DNA from: Betaproteobacteria bacterium
Lineage (GTDB): Bacteria; Pseudomonadota; Gammaproteobacteria; Burkholderiales; Burkholderiaceae_A
NCBI GenBank assembly: GCA_018969705.1
Contig: JAGWXV010000001.1
Coordinates: forward strand, 41,128-105,127
Length of the DNA: 64,000 nucleotides
Reading direction: 5' to 3'
Under the pieces are notes generated by a model, which searched no databases, was not told where the DNA came from, and was given only the letters and a program-made list of their open reading frames with translations. The stretch's first letter is position 1, and each line of letters starts with the position of its first letter. The translations under genes and the position numbers were made by a program. Below are positions 19,125 to 27,819 of this stretch, in pieces.

Positions 19125-20114
19125 TTAAGTCTTCGATGGGGCTGACGATTTTCGCCGAGCCCGGGGATGGGCGGCATCATAAACCTGTGCCAGCCGTTGA
19201 AAATCCAAATGGGTGTAAACCTGTGTGGTCGCAATCTGGGCATGGCCCAATAACTCTTGCACGGCACGCAGATCGCCACTGGATTGCAGCACATGGCTTG
19301 CGAATGAATGACGCAGCATGTGGGGATGGACTGCGGTGGGCATGCCTAGGGCCTTTGCCCGCTGGCCGAAGCGACGCTGCACCGTTCGGCCCGAGAGCCG
19401 GCTGCCCGATCGGTTGATGAACAGGGGGGCATGATCAAGCACTTCACCCTGCGACTGGCGATAAGCAAGCCAATCACGCAGGGCTGCAAGCGCCGGGCCG
19501 CCGATCGGAACACGGCGAGATCGGCCGCCCTTGCCCACGACGAATACCTCAGCGCAATCCAGCGCAATCCAGCCATTGCGGCCGGCCGCCACCGATGCCT
19601 CAGGCTGGCAATTCAATCCCACCAGCTCCGATAAGCGCAGGCCGCTGGAATACATTAACTCCGTGAGCGCCTGATCACGAAGCTGCATAAAACGATCACC
19701 GATGGGCCCACCCCCCGAAACAACATCAGCACTGCGGTCGGCTGACTTTCCCTCAACAAATTGCACCGCCCAGTCGACAGAAAGGGCCTTAGGAAGACGC
19801 TTGGCAGCCCGCGGCGGCCGGACCGACTTGGCTGGATTCATTGGCATCGGCTGCTGCTGCGCCAGCCAATCAAAAAAGGTTCTCCAGGCGGAGAGCCGCC
19901 GCGCGATGCTTTTCGCAGAAAGGCCCTCTGCACGCCATCGGGCGACCTCGGTGCGCACTTCGGTGGGTTTTATCTCTGCCAGCTGGCGATCCGCAAAGGC
20001 AGTCAGCAGCCGATCGAGATCACGTCGATAACCTTGCACGGTCAGGGCCGAGTAGCGACGGCCGTGCGCTAAGGACTGCAAAAAAGTTTCGATCAGCTCA
20101 CTGGCCCTGGCCAT
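19125..20114 (-). CDS. xerC: Tyrosine recombinase XerC
   Basis: SSGLRLSEL, GKG, HPHMLRHSFASH and LLGHA...TTQVYT; dapF-DUF484-xerC synteny. Confidence 0.93.
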   Translation of the reverse strand: MARASELIETFLQSLAHGRRYSALTVQGYRRDLDRLLTAFADRQLAEIKPTEVRTEVARWRAEGLSAKSIARRLSAWRTFFDWLAQQQPMPMNPAKSVRPPRAAKRLPKALSVDWAVQFVEGKSADRSADVVSGGGPIGDRFMQLRDQALTELMYSSGLRLSELVGLNCQPEASVAAGRNGWIALDCAEVFVVGKGGRSRRVPIGGPALAALRDWLAYRQSQGEVLDHAPLFINRSGSRLSGRTVQRRFGQRAKALGMPTAVHPHMLRHSFASHVLQSSGDLRAVQELLGHAQIATTQVYTHLDFQRLAQVYDAAHPRARRKSSAPSKT

Positions 20115-20814
20115 TATGTTCAACGCACTTCGAGAGCGCAGCGCTGGCGATCTCACTGATGCGCTCAAGAAAGGCAACGCCAAGATCGGGGGCGAATCGT
20201 CTGGGGTCCGGAGAGCCAAACACCAACACGCCAAAAGCCTGGGGCGCGGCGCCCACGCGCAGCGGCAGCACTGCGATCGACTGTGCATCACGGCCCGCCT
20301 CGGGTAGGAGCCGGACGGCGGCAGACAGGCCCGTTGGGCCGCAGACCGGAACCCGAAGTCCATCCATCTGCTCGACGTAGTCGGCAGTTGGACTCACGAC
20401 CCAATCTTGGCCGGCCAGCAGGGCCGCCGGCCGCCACAGGCCGATGCCCACCAGCGGCACCGAAAAAATCTTTCCAATTGAGTCGGCCAGAAAACGTGGC
20501 AGGCTTGCCGGATCGGGATGCAGAAAAAGTCCACGAATCCAGCGCTGCATTGATGCAAAGATTGCATCATTTTCCTGCCCGTGCCGCAGCAGATCCGCAA
20601 GCTTTAACTCCATCGATTTAATGCGGTCACGAAGCACTGAGGCCTGACGCTCAATGAGCGAGATCGCCTGGCCCGACTGCGGATGGGGCACATTAATCTC
20701 TGACAGCAGCTGAGGGGCCTGATCAAAAAAATCAGGATGCGACTTCAGATATTGAATCACCTGCTCGGCGGTCAATGCTGCGGGATCACCCAGCGTGGGT
20801 TCTTTAGGATTCAC
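20098..20814 (-). CDS. DUF484 (YigA) family protein
   Basis: YLKSHPDFF, PHP..G.AISLIERQ and GS.DPRRF motifs. Confidence 0.9.
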   Translation of the reverse strand: MNPKEPTLGDPAALTAEQVIQYLKSHPDFFDQAPQLLSEINVPHPQSGQAISLIERQASVLRDRIKSMELKLADLLRHGQENDAIFASMQRWIRGLFLHPDPASLPRFLADSIGKIFSVPLVGIGLWRPAALLAGQDWVVSPTADYVEQMDGLRVPVCGPTGLSAAVRLLPEAGRDAQSIAVLPLRVGAAPQAFGVLVFGSPDPRRFAPDLGVAFLERISEIASAALSKCVEHNGQGQ

Positions 20815-21674
20815 AGTTGCATTACTCCATCAAAAACAGGCTCTGCGGGCCCGGTCATCATGACATGATCAGCGGCCTGGCCCGACCAACTAATTTTAAG
20901 TCTGCCGCCCCGGGCCTGAACCTCGATCGGCACAGCGGGGGAAAGCAGACCCCGCGCAATTCCCGCGACCACGGCTGCGCAGGCCCCGGTGCCGCAGGCC
21001 AGCGTCTCGCCTGCGCCACGCTCGAACACACGAATCGCAATCTGCTGCGCAGAATGTTGCTCAACAAAGCCAGCGTTGACCCGATCACGAAATCGGGGGT
21101 GGGACTCACACCAGGCGCCGATTTGCGCAACTGGATACGCATCAAGCTGCTTGACCCACTGCACCGCGTGCGGGTTACCCATTGAAACAATCGTGATCCA
21201 GAAGGGATCGGCATTGGGCGGCTGCATCTGCCAAAGATCGGCCTGGCCCTCACGCTGATGGGCAAGGCCCGAGACATCGAATCCGATTGCCTGCGGATCA
21301 AAACCCGGTGGGCCCATATCCACCGTGACCAACCCGTCGGCATGAACCGTTGGCGAAATCACACCCGACTTGGTACGGACACGAATCGTGGACTTCGATG
21401 TCAGGCCCCGATCTCGTACGAAGCGCGCAAAGCATCGGGCGCCATTGCCACACTGCTCGACTTCTTGGCCGTCGGCGTTAAAAATCCGATAAACAAAATC
21501 GACATCCGGCCCATCGGCAGGCTGCACCAGCAGAATCTGATCCGCACCGATGCCAAAACGCCGATCAGCAATCCGCTGCCACTGTGCGGCCGAGAGGTTC
21601 AGCGCAATGGAAGTCGCATCAATGACTACGAAATCATTGCCAGCACCCTGCATTTTGGTGAAGGTCAGTTTCAT
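20811..21674 (-). CDS. dapF: Diaminopimelate epimerase
   Basis: KMQGAGNDF, EQCGNGARC, GNPH and ERGAGETLACGTGA motifs. Confidence 0.97.
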   Translation of the reverse strand: MKLTFTKMQGAGNDFVVIDATSIALNLSAAQWQRIADRRFGIGADQILLVQPADGPDVDFVYRIFNADGQEVEQCGNGARCFARFVRDRGLTSKSTIRVRTKSGVISPTVHADGLVTVDMGPPGFDPQAIGFDVSGLAHQREGQADLWQMQPPNADPFWITIVSMGNPHAVQWVKQLDAYPVAQIGAWCESHPRFRDRVNAGFVEQHSAQQIAIRVFERGAGETLACGTGACAAVVAGIARGLLSPAVPIEVQARGGRLKISWSGQAADHVMMTGPAEPVFDGVMQL

Positions 21675-21683
21675 GACATTGAA

Positions 21684-22571
21684 TTATCCATAGACCGGCG
21701 GCTCGCCCTGGGGCCGACTCTTAAAACGGCGATGGGTCCACAGATATTGCTCCGGCGCTTCAAGCACTCGGGCTTCAATGAACTGATTCATCTGCTCAAC
21801 GCCCTGGGCAAGCGTCTGTGCTTGATCATTATCGGGGTGCTGCCAGCCGGGATAAAACCGGGCCTCGTATTCGCCCGGTCGGATCATCCGAGTCACCAGC
21901 GGCACTACGGTTGCGCCAAGCGCTCGCGATAAACGCACCACGCTCGTGACGGTGGCCGCGGGATTGCCGAAAAACGGCGCAAAGATGGCATCGCGGGGCC
22001 CGAAATCCAAGTCGGGAGAAAAGTGCGCCGTGACTCCCCGACGCATCCATCGGACCAATGCTGCAATGCCTTCCTGCCGCGACAGGATCAATGGCGCATT
22101 AAAGCGATTACGGCCCCTCAACACCCATTCATTCACAATTGGGTTGGACTGATTGGAATACATACAGACCAAACGATGGTCCATCTGCAGCCGCAGCCCG
22201 CCTGCCTCCAGACCAAGAAAATGCGGCGCCAAAAGAATCACCGGCCCTGCGCTTGCCGCCTCGAGATGCTCGGCGCCTGAGACCCTAACCAGTCGTTTTA
22301 AGGTATCCGAGGAGCCGAACCAGACGCGAAAACAATCAATAAAAGCCACAACAAATAATTCGAAATGCCGTCGCGCAATCGCATTGCGTTGCGCTTGTGT
22401 CCAATGCGGAAAACAAAGCTGCAGATTTTTCAGCGCGACCTGGCGCCGGCTGCCGCCAAGCCCGAATGCGACTGCGCCCGCCATTCGCGCAAGCAAATAG
22501 CGAAGCGGTCCGGGGCTAAACGCCAGCAGTCGACAGGCCCACAGGCCCAACCAAGTGAGCCAGGCGCTCAT
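21684..22571 (-). CDS. Lipid A biosynthesis acyltransferase (LpxL/HtrB family)
   Basis: PHFLGLE (HX4E), FAPFFG and PEQYLWTHRRFK motifs. Confidence 0.9.
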   Translation of the reverse strand: MSAWLTWLGLWACRLLAFSPGPLRYLLARMAGAVAFGLGGSRRQVALKNLQLCFPHWTQAQRNAIARRHFELFVVAFIDCFRVWFGSSDTLKRLVRVSGAEHLEAASAGPVILLAPHFLGLEAGGLRLQMDHRLVCMYSNQSNPIVNEWVLRGRNRFNAPLILSRQEGIAALVRWMRRGVTAHFSPDLDFGPRDAIFAPFFGNPAATVTSVVRLSRALGATVVPLVTRMIRPGEYEARFYPGWQHPDNDQAQTLAQGVEQMNQFIEARVLEAPEQYLWTHRRFKSRPQGEPPVYG

Positions 22572-23446
22572 TCGGGGAGCGCCTCTTGCGGCAAAGCGGC
22601 TCCATGGGGAATTTTGTAGCGGTTATAGGCCCACAGATATTGCTCCGGAGCCCGCGCAATTTGAGACTCAAGGGCCTGATTCATTGCGGCCACTGCACGA
22701 TCAATCGGCGCGGACTGCAGAGAAAATTCCGGTGTCCAGGGCTCGAAAGTCATCGTCCAGCCCGCTTGGGTGCGCACCGTCATCACCCAGAAAATAGGAG
22801 CGCCCGTGGTCTGAGCGAGTCGAATGGGCAAGACCATGGTGTAAGCAGGCCGGCCAAAAAATGAAGCCCACAGCCCCTCGCCTTGGGCGGGCACTTGATC
22901 AGGCAGCATGCCAATTGCTTGGCCCCGACGTAGGGCACGCAATAGCATTCGAACGCCCGAGGCATCCGCAGGCGCTGTTAGCAAATTGTGGGCCGGCCGC
23001 AGGGCCTCCATCAGATTCCGCAGCAGTCGCTGCCGAGCAGGCCGATACAGGACAGTGATGGGACGGTGCAAGGCAAAGGCCCGCGGCGAGAGCTCGAAGG
23101 CTCCAAGGTGAGGGGTCAACAGAATCGCGCCGCGGCCTGCATCAAGAGCGCGCAGAACAGCATCGAGGCCCTCCACCTTCACCTGGCGGGCCCGACGCGG
23201 ATCGCACCAAATCGCCGGCAGCTCAGTCGCCAGCAGACCCGCATGGCCAATTGACTGGCGCTTGAGCGCCGACAGCTGATCTGCGCTTCTCGAGAGCCGT
23301 CCACTGGCCACGGCAAGTGCCCAAAACTGGCCGGACATGTCGCGATAACGGGGTGAGGACGCCCACATGAGCCAGCCCAAAATCAGGCCCAGGAGTCGCA
23401 GAACTGGCAGCGGCAGGCGGGCCAGAATTTTGAACAGCAAGATCAT
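22568..23446 (-). CDS. Lipid A biosynthesis acyltransferase (LpxL/HtrB family), second paralog
   Basis: PHLGAFE, LPDQVP and PEQYLWAYNRYK motifs. Confidence 0.9.
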   Translation of the reverse strand: MILLFKILARLPLPVLRLLGLILGWLMWASSPRYRDMSGQFWALAVASGRLSRSADQLSALKRQSIGHAGLLATELPAIWCDPRRARQVKVEGLDAVLRALDAGRGAILLTPHLGAFELSPRAFALHRPITVLYRPARQRLLRNLMEALRPAHNLLTAPADASGVRMLLRALRRGQAIGMLPDQVPAQGEGLWASFFGRPAYTMVLPIRLAQTTGAPIFWVMTVRTQAGWTMTFEPWTPEFSLQSAPIDRAVAAMNQALESQIARAPEQYLWAYNRYKIPHGAALPQEALPE

Positions 23447-23458
23447 CTGATTTATAGT
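23430..23458 (+). promoter_or_regulatory. Putative sigma70 promoter of the metK leader
   Basis: TTGAAC (23430-35), 17 bp spacer, TATAGT (23453-58); predicted start near 23465, just before the SAM-II aptamer. Confidence 0.6.
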
Positions 23459-23465
23459 CTTCGAA

Positions 23466-23545
23466 TCGCCGATTTAATTCACAACTTGCGGGGCGAGGGG
23501 CAATGCGAAGTGTACGTGTTGTCCGTTAAATACCGCTAAAGCGTC
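23466..23545 (+). ncRNA. SAM-II riboswitch (long-loop variant)
   Basis: P1 UCGCC/GGCGA; GAUUUAA pairs with UUAAAU; UUGCGG pairs with CCGCUAAA; extra 10-bp hairpin 23498-23524; upstream of metK. Confidence 0.85.
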
Positions 23546-23624
23546 TGCCTCCCGTGATTCTCACTGCAGCCGGGTTCAAAACGCTGAAGCGCCGCGGTTA
23601 GAGATTCATCACCCAGGAGGTATC

Positions 23625-24791
23625 GTGTCCAAAAGTTTTTATTTCACCTCGGAGTCGGTCTCTGAGGGCCATCCCGATAAGGTTGCCGATCAGATTTCAG
23701 ATGCCATCTTGGACGCCATCTTGGCCCAGGATCCGCGCTCCCGCGTTGCCGCAGAGACCCTTTGCAATACCGGCTTGGTCGTGCTGGCTGGCGAAATCAC
23801 CACCCAGGCCAATGTCGATTACATCCAGGTTGCGCGCAACACTTTAAAGCGCATTGGCTACGACAACACCGACTTCGGTATCGACTACAAAGGCTGTGCT
23901 GTGCTGGTGGCCTACGACAAGCAGAGCCCGGATATCGCTCAGGGCGTTGACAAGGCCCATGACAACAACCTCGATCAGGGCGCAGGCGATCAGGGCCTGA
24001 TGTTTGGCTATGCCTGCGATGAGACGCCGGTGCTGATGCCAGCGCCGATTTACTACGCCCACCGGCTTGTTGAACGGCAATCAATGCTGCGCCGAGATGG
24101 CCGCCTGCCTTGGTTGCGTCCAGATGCAAAAAGTCAAATCACGCTGCGCTATGTTGATGGCAAGCCTGAGAGCATCGATACCGTCGTGCTGTCGACCCAG
24201 CACGCGCCTGAGGTCGGCCTGGAAAAACTCCGCGAGGCGGTCATTGAGGAAATCATCAAACCTGTCTTGCCGAAAGAATTAATCAAAGGCGAAATCAAAT
24301 ACCTCGTCAATCCCACCGGCCGCTTTGTCATTGGCGGCCCCCAGGGCGATTGCGGCCTGACGGGCAGAAAAATTATTGTCGACACTTACGGCGGCGCGGC
24401 CCCGCACGGCGGCGGTGCGTTCTCCGGTAAGGACCCCTCCAAGGTGGATCGCTCAGCCGCCTACGCTGGCCGGTACGTTGCCAAAAACATCGTTGCTGCT
24501 GGGCTCGCGAAAAAAGCCTTGATTCAGGTCAGCTATGCAATTGGCGTTGCCCGGCCAACTTCAGTCATGGTCACAACGGAGGGTACCGGCGTGGTCTCGG
24601 ATGAAAAAATCGCCCAGGCTGTCGAGCAGGTCTTTGACTTGCGGCCCAAAGGGATCGTCCAGATGCTCGATCTGTTGCGTCCCATTTATGAAAAGTCGGC
24701 CGCCTACGGCCACTTTGGTCGAGAGCAGGCTGAGTTCAGCTGGGAGCGCACCGATAAGGCGGCTGCGTTAAAGGCAGCCTGCGGCCTCTAA
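23625..24791 (+). CDS. metK: S-adenosylmethionine synthetase
   Basis: [19 protein letters not shown] and [16 protein letters not shown]; AGGAGG SD. Confidence 0.99.
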   Translation: MSKSFYFTSESVSEGHPDKVADQISDAILDAILAQDPRSRVAAETLCNTGLVVLAGEITTQANVDYIQVARNTLKRIGYDNTDFGIDYKGCAVLVAYDKQSPDIAQGVDKAHDNNLDQGAGDQGLMFGYACDETPVLMPAPIYYAHRLVERQSMLRRDGRLPWLRPDAKSQITLRYVDGKPESIDTVVLSTQHAPEVGLEKLREAVIEEIIKPVLPKELIKGEIKYLVNPTGRFVIGGPQGDCGLTGRKIIVDTYGGAAPHGGGAFSGKDPSKVDRSAAYAGRYVAKNIVAAGLAKKALIQVSYAIGVARPTSVMVTTEGTGVVSDEKIAQAVEQVFDLRPKGIVQMLDLLRPIYEKSAAYGHFGREQAEFSWERTDKAAALKAACGL

Positions 24792-24795
24792 ACAG

Positions 24796-24832
24796 GTGAC
24801 GGAGCCGAAGCTTTGATTTACACTTCGGCTCC
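24796..24832 (+). promoter_or_regulatory. 10-bp inverted repeat after metK containing a putative ahcY promoter
   Basis: GGAGCCGAAG (24801-10) / CTTCGGCTCC (24823-32); GTGACG, 17 bp, TACACT; no U-tract. Confidence 0.5.
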
Positions 24833-24833
24833 C

Positions 24834-24909
24834 TGCTCAAGGAGCGTTGCGAGGGGGCCATCTTCGGCCCTCCCAGGCTTGGGCTGAGGTTCTGGACAAC
24901 GGCGCTCGC
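24834..24909 (+). ncRNA. SAH riboswitch
   Basis: GCUCAAG/CUUGGGC P1, GGAGCGUUGC core, CCAGGCU, and 3' AACGGCGCUC pseudoknot partner; upstream of ahcY. Confidence 0.92.
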
Positions 24910-24941
24910 GAACCCCTTCACACCCATGAAAGGAGCGCGAG

Positions 24942-26372
24942 ATGAGCGCTGTATTAAAACCTGTTACTTCCAGTGGCCAGCCCGACTACAAGGTGGCCGA
25001 TCTCTCATTGGCTGACTGGGGCCGCAAAGAAATTAAAATCGCCGAAACCGAAATGCCCGGACTGATGGCGATTCGTGATGAATACGCCGCCAAAAAGCCC
25101 CTGAAGGGCGCCCGCATTTCCGGCTCGCTGCATATGACGATCCAGACTGCGGTGCTGATTGAGACCCTGGTGGATCTCGGTGCAGAAGTGCGCTGGGCCT
25201 CGTGCAACATTTATTCGACACAGGACCATGCTGCAGCGGCGATCGCGGCAGCGGGCGTTCCGGTCTATGCCTACAAAGGCGAATCACTGGACGAGTACTG
25301 GGACTACACCCACCAAATTTTTCAGTGGGCCGATGGCCAGGCCACCAACATGATTCTGGACGATGGTGGCGATGCAACCCTGCTGCTGCATCTTGGTACC
25401 GATGCCGCCAAGGATCCTTCGCTGCTGACCAACCCCAAGAGCGAAGAAGAAATCTGCCTTTTCAACTCGATCAAGCGGCAGCTTGCGATCGACCCAAAAT
25501 TCTATGAGCGCAACTTGCGTGCAGTCATCGGCGTCACTGAAGAGACCACCACCGGCGTGCATCGCTTAAAAGAAATGTCAGCAAAGGGCACCCTGGCGTT
25601 TCGGGCGATCAACGTGAATGACTCCGTTACCAAGAGCAAATTTGATAATCTCTACGGCTGCCGCGAGTCACTTGTCGATGCCATCAAGCGGGCTACGGAT
25701 GTCATGATCGCTGGTAAGGTCGCGGTGGTCTGCGGCTATGGCGATGTGGGCAAGGGTTCAGCCCAGGCCCTGCGGGCTCTCTCAGCACAGGTCTGGATCA
25801 CTGAAGTCGATCCCATCTGCGCGCTGCAGGCTGCGATGGAAGGCTATCGTGTGGTCACGATGGAGTACGCCGCCGATAAGGCTGACATTTTTGTAACGGC
25901 CACCGGAAATAAAAATGTGATCACCTACGATCACATGGCAAAAATGAAAGATCAATCCATCGTTTGTAACATCGGCCATTTTGATAATGAGATTGATGTT
26001 GCTGCGCTCTCGCGCTGTGGCTGGGAAGAAATCAAGCCCCAAGTCGATCACGTGATCTTCCCTGATGGCAAGCGTTTGATTCTGCTGGCCAAGGGCCGGC
26101 TGGTGAACCTGGGCTGCGGCACCGGCCACCCCAGCTATGTCATGAGTTCCTCATTTGCCAATCAGGTCATCGCGCAGATTGAGCTCTTCACCCACAAGGA
26201 TTATTACGAGAGCGGTAAGGTCTATGTGCTGCCCAAACATCTTGATGAGAAGGTGGCGCGGCTTCAGCTGAAAAAACTTGGCGCGCAACTGACAACGCTC
26301 TCCGATGATCAGGCCCGCTACATCGGCGTGCCCGTCGAGGGGCCGTTTAAGCCCGAAACCTACCGCTACTAG
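24942..26372 (+). CDS. ahcY: Adenosylhomocysteinase
   Basis: [38 protein letters not shown] and GYGDVGKG motifs. Confidence 0.99.
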   Translation: MSAVLKPVTSSGQPDYKVADLSLADWGRKEIKIAETEMPGLMAIRDEYAAKKPLKGARISGSLHMTIQTAVLIETLVDLGAEVRWASCNIYSTQDHAAAAIAAAGVPVYAYKGESLDEYWDYTHQIFQWADGQATNMILDDGGDATLLLHLGTDAAKDPSLLTNPKSEEEICLFNSIKRQLAIDPKFYERNLRAVIGVTEETTTGVHRLKEMSAKGTLAFRAINVNDSVTKSKFDNLYGCRESLVDAIKRATDVMIAGKVAVVCGYGDVGKGSAQALRALSAQVWITEVDPICALQAAMEGYRVVTMEYAADKADIFVTATGNKNVITYDHMAKMKDQSIVCNIGHFDNEIDVAALSRCGWEEIKPQVDHVIFPDGKRLILLAKGRLVNLGCGTGHPSYVMSSSFANQVIAQIELFTHKDYYESGKVYVLPKHLDEKVARLQLKKLGAQLTTLSDDQARYIGVPVEGPFKPETYRY

Positions 26373-26386
26373 CCGGAGCTCAGGCA

Positions 26387-27229
26387 ATGGCAGAAAAGCC
26401 AGGCCTGAGCCTTGAGTTTTTTCCACCGAAAACGCTCGAGGCTCGGCAGCGGCTCGCGTCGACCGCGGAAGATCTTCGCGCCGTGCGTCCCGACTATGTA
26501 TCGGTGACCTACGGCGCAGGGGGGTCAACCCGCGAGGGATCTCTTGAAACCGTTCGTCAGATGCTGGGGTTCTTCCCGTCCGTTGCGCCGCACATTTCCT
26601 GCATTGGTGCGAGCGCTGCTCAGATGCGAGAACTTCTTGATCTTTACGCTGAGATGAACATTTCGCGCCTCGTAGCGCTGCGCGGAGACCTGCCCTCGGG
26701 CTACGGTCAGGGCGGCGAGTTTCAGCATGCCAGCGATCTGGTCCGCTTTATTCGTTCTCAGACCCAGTCATCATTTCATGTTGAGGTCGCGGCCTATCCT
26801 GAGATTCACCCGCAGGCGAAAAGCCCTGAAGACGACTTGCGATTTTTTGTGGAAAAAGTCCGGGCGGGCGCCGATGGTGCAATTACCCAGTATTTTTTCA
26901 ACTCGGATGCTTACTTCCGATTTGTTGATGATGTTTATGCGCTTGGTATTGATGTGCCCATTATTCCGGGCATTATGCCAATCACCAACTTCTCCCAGCT
27001 TGCGAGATTCTCAGATGCCTGTGGCGCAGAAATCCCCCGCTGGATTCGTCAACGGCTGGCCGGGTTTGGCGATGACACGGCGTCGATCGCAGCATTTGGC
27101 GAGTCAGTAATCACCGATCTATGCGATCAGCTGCTGACCGCTGGGGCGCCTGGGCTTCATTTCTACACTATGAACCGGGCCGAACCAACACTTGCGATTC
27201 TTCGGAATTTAAAGCTTATCGGTTCTTAA
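26387..27229 (+). CDS. metF: 5,10-methylenetetrahydrofolate reductase
   Basis: SLEFFPPK, SVTYGAGG, ALRGD, AAYPE, ITQYFF and HFYTMN motifs. Confidence 0.97.
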   Translation: MAEKPGLSLEFFPPKTLEARQRLASTAEDLRAVRPDYVSVTYGAGGSTREGSLETVRQMLGFFPSVAPHISCIGASAAQMRELLDLYAEMNISRLVALRGDLPSGYGQGGEFQHASDLVRFIRSQTQSSFHVEVAAYPEIHPQAKSPEDDLRFFVEKVRAGADGAITQYFFNSDAYFRFVDDVYALGIDVPIIPGIMPITNFSQLARFSDACGAEIPRWIRQRLAGFGDDTASIAAFGESVITDLCDQLLTAGAPGLHFYTMNRAEPTLAILRNLKLIGS

Positions 27230-27797
27230 AGTCGCGCCAGCCTGACTCGGTCACGCAAGCATCAAGCCGCAGGTCATGGGGCTCGGAAAACACCTCATCG
27301 TGCAGCGCGTGGTCAAAGCAAATCCCCACCAAACGTGGCCATGGCGTGGGCGTAGCTGCGATGGTTCGATCGTACAGACCGGCTCCCGCCCCCAGTCGCC
27401 CACCGATGCGATCAATCCCCACGCAGGGTACAAGCCAAGTGTCACAGTCCAGAATTTGAGTGCCATCGGGCACCTGAAGGCCCATCACATCTCTGACCAT
27501 CGATGCGCCAGGCTGCCAAAGTTGCATGATGAGCGGCGCGTCCCGACGTATTACCACCGGCAGAGCCAGCTGCATGCCACGGGCATGCCAGGCCTTCCAC
27601 ATCGACATCAAATCCGGCTCGCCCCGCCACGGCAAAAACACCGCGATTCGCGACCAGCCCTGCGTGACTGCCTTAGCAGAAAGCGCGTCTGCGATCGCCT
27701 TTTCGGCAGCGCGCCGATCCTCCTGCGCAAGGGCCGCACGCTGCTCTAAAAGCCGACGGCGAAGCGGGTCTTTCTGCATGAGTAGGATTCTCGACAT
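27216..27797 (-). CDS. 5-formyltetrahydrofolate cyclo-ligase (alternative start ATG at 27779)
   Basis: GEPD, LPV, LVPCVG.D..GGRLGAGAGLYDRT and HD..LD...TE motifs. Confidence 0.9.
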   Translation of the reverse strand: MSRILLMQKDPLRRRLLEQRAALAQEDRRAAEKAIADALSAKAVTQGWSRIAVFLPWRGEPDLMSMWKAWHARGMQLALPVVIRRDAPLIMQLWQPGASMVRDVMGLQVPDGTQILDCDTWLVPCVGIDRIGGRLGAGAGLYDRTIAATPTPWPRLVGICFDHALHDEVFSEPHDLRLDACVTESGWRDFKNR

Positions 27798-27819
27798 TTC
27801 AGGGTTAAATTTACTCTCT

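Noticed and set aside
19125-20114. Tyrosine recombinase as a possible prophage or island integrase
   Set aside because: The dapF-DUF484-xerC synteny marks it as housekeeping XerC; no att repeats or cargo genes are nearby
27526-27819. Long N-terminal extension of slt overlapping the cyclo-ligase gene; similar extensions of xerC, trmL, usp, folM and the 61325 ORF
   Set aside because: ORF-caller artefacts of taking the first start codon; homology and signal features begin at later starts
27798-27819. 6S RNA upstream of 5-formyltetrahydrofolate cyclo-ligase
   Set aside because: Only about 22 nt separate it from the divergent slt gene, which leaves no room
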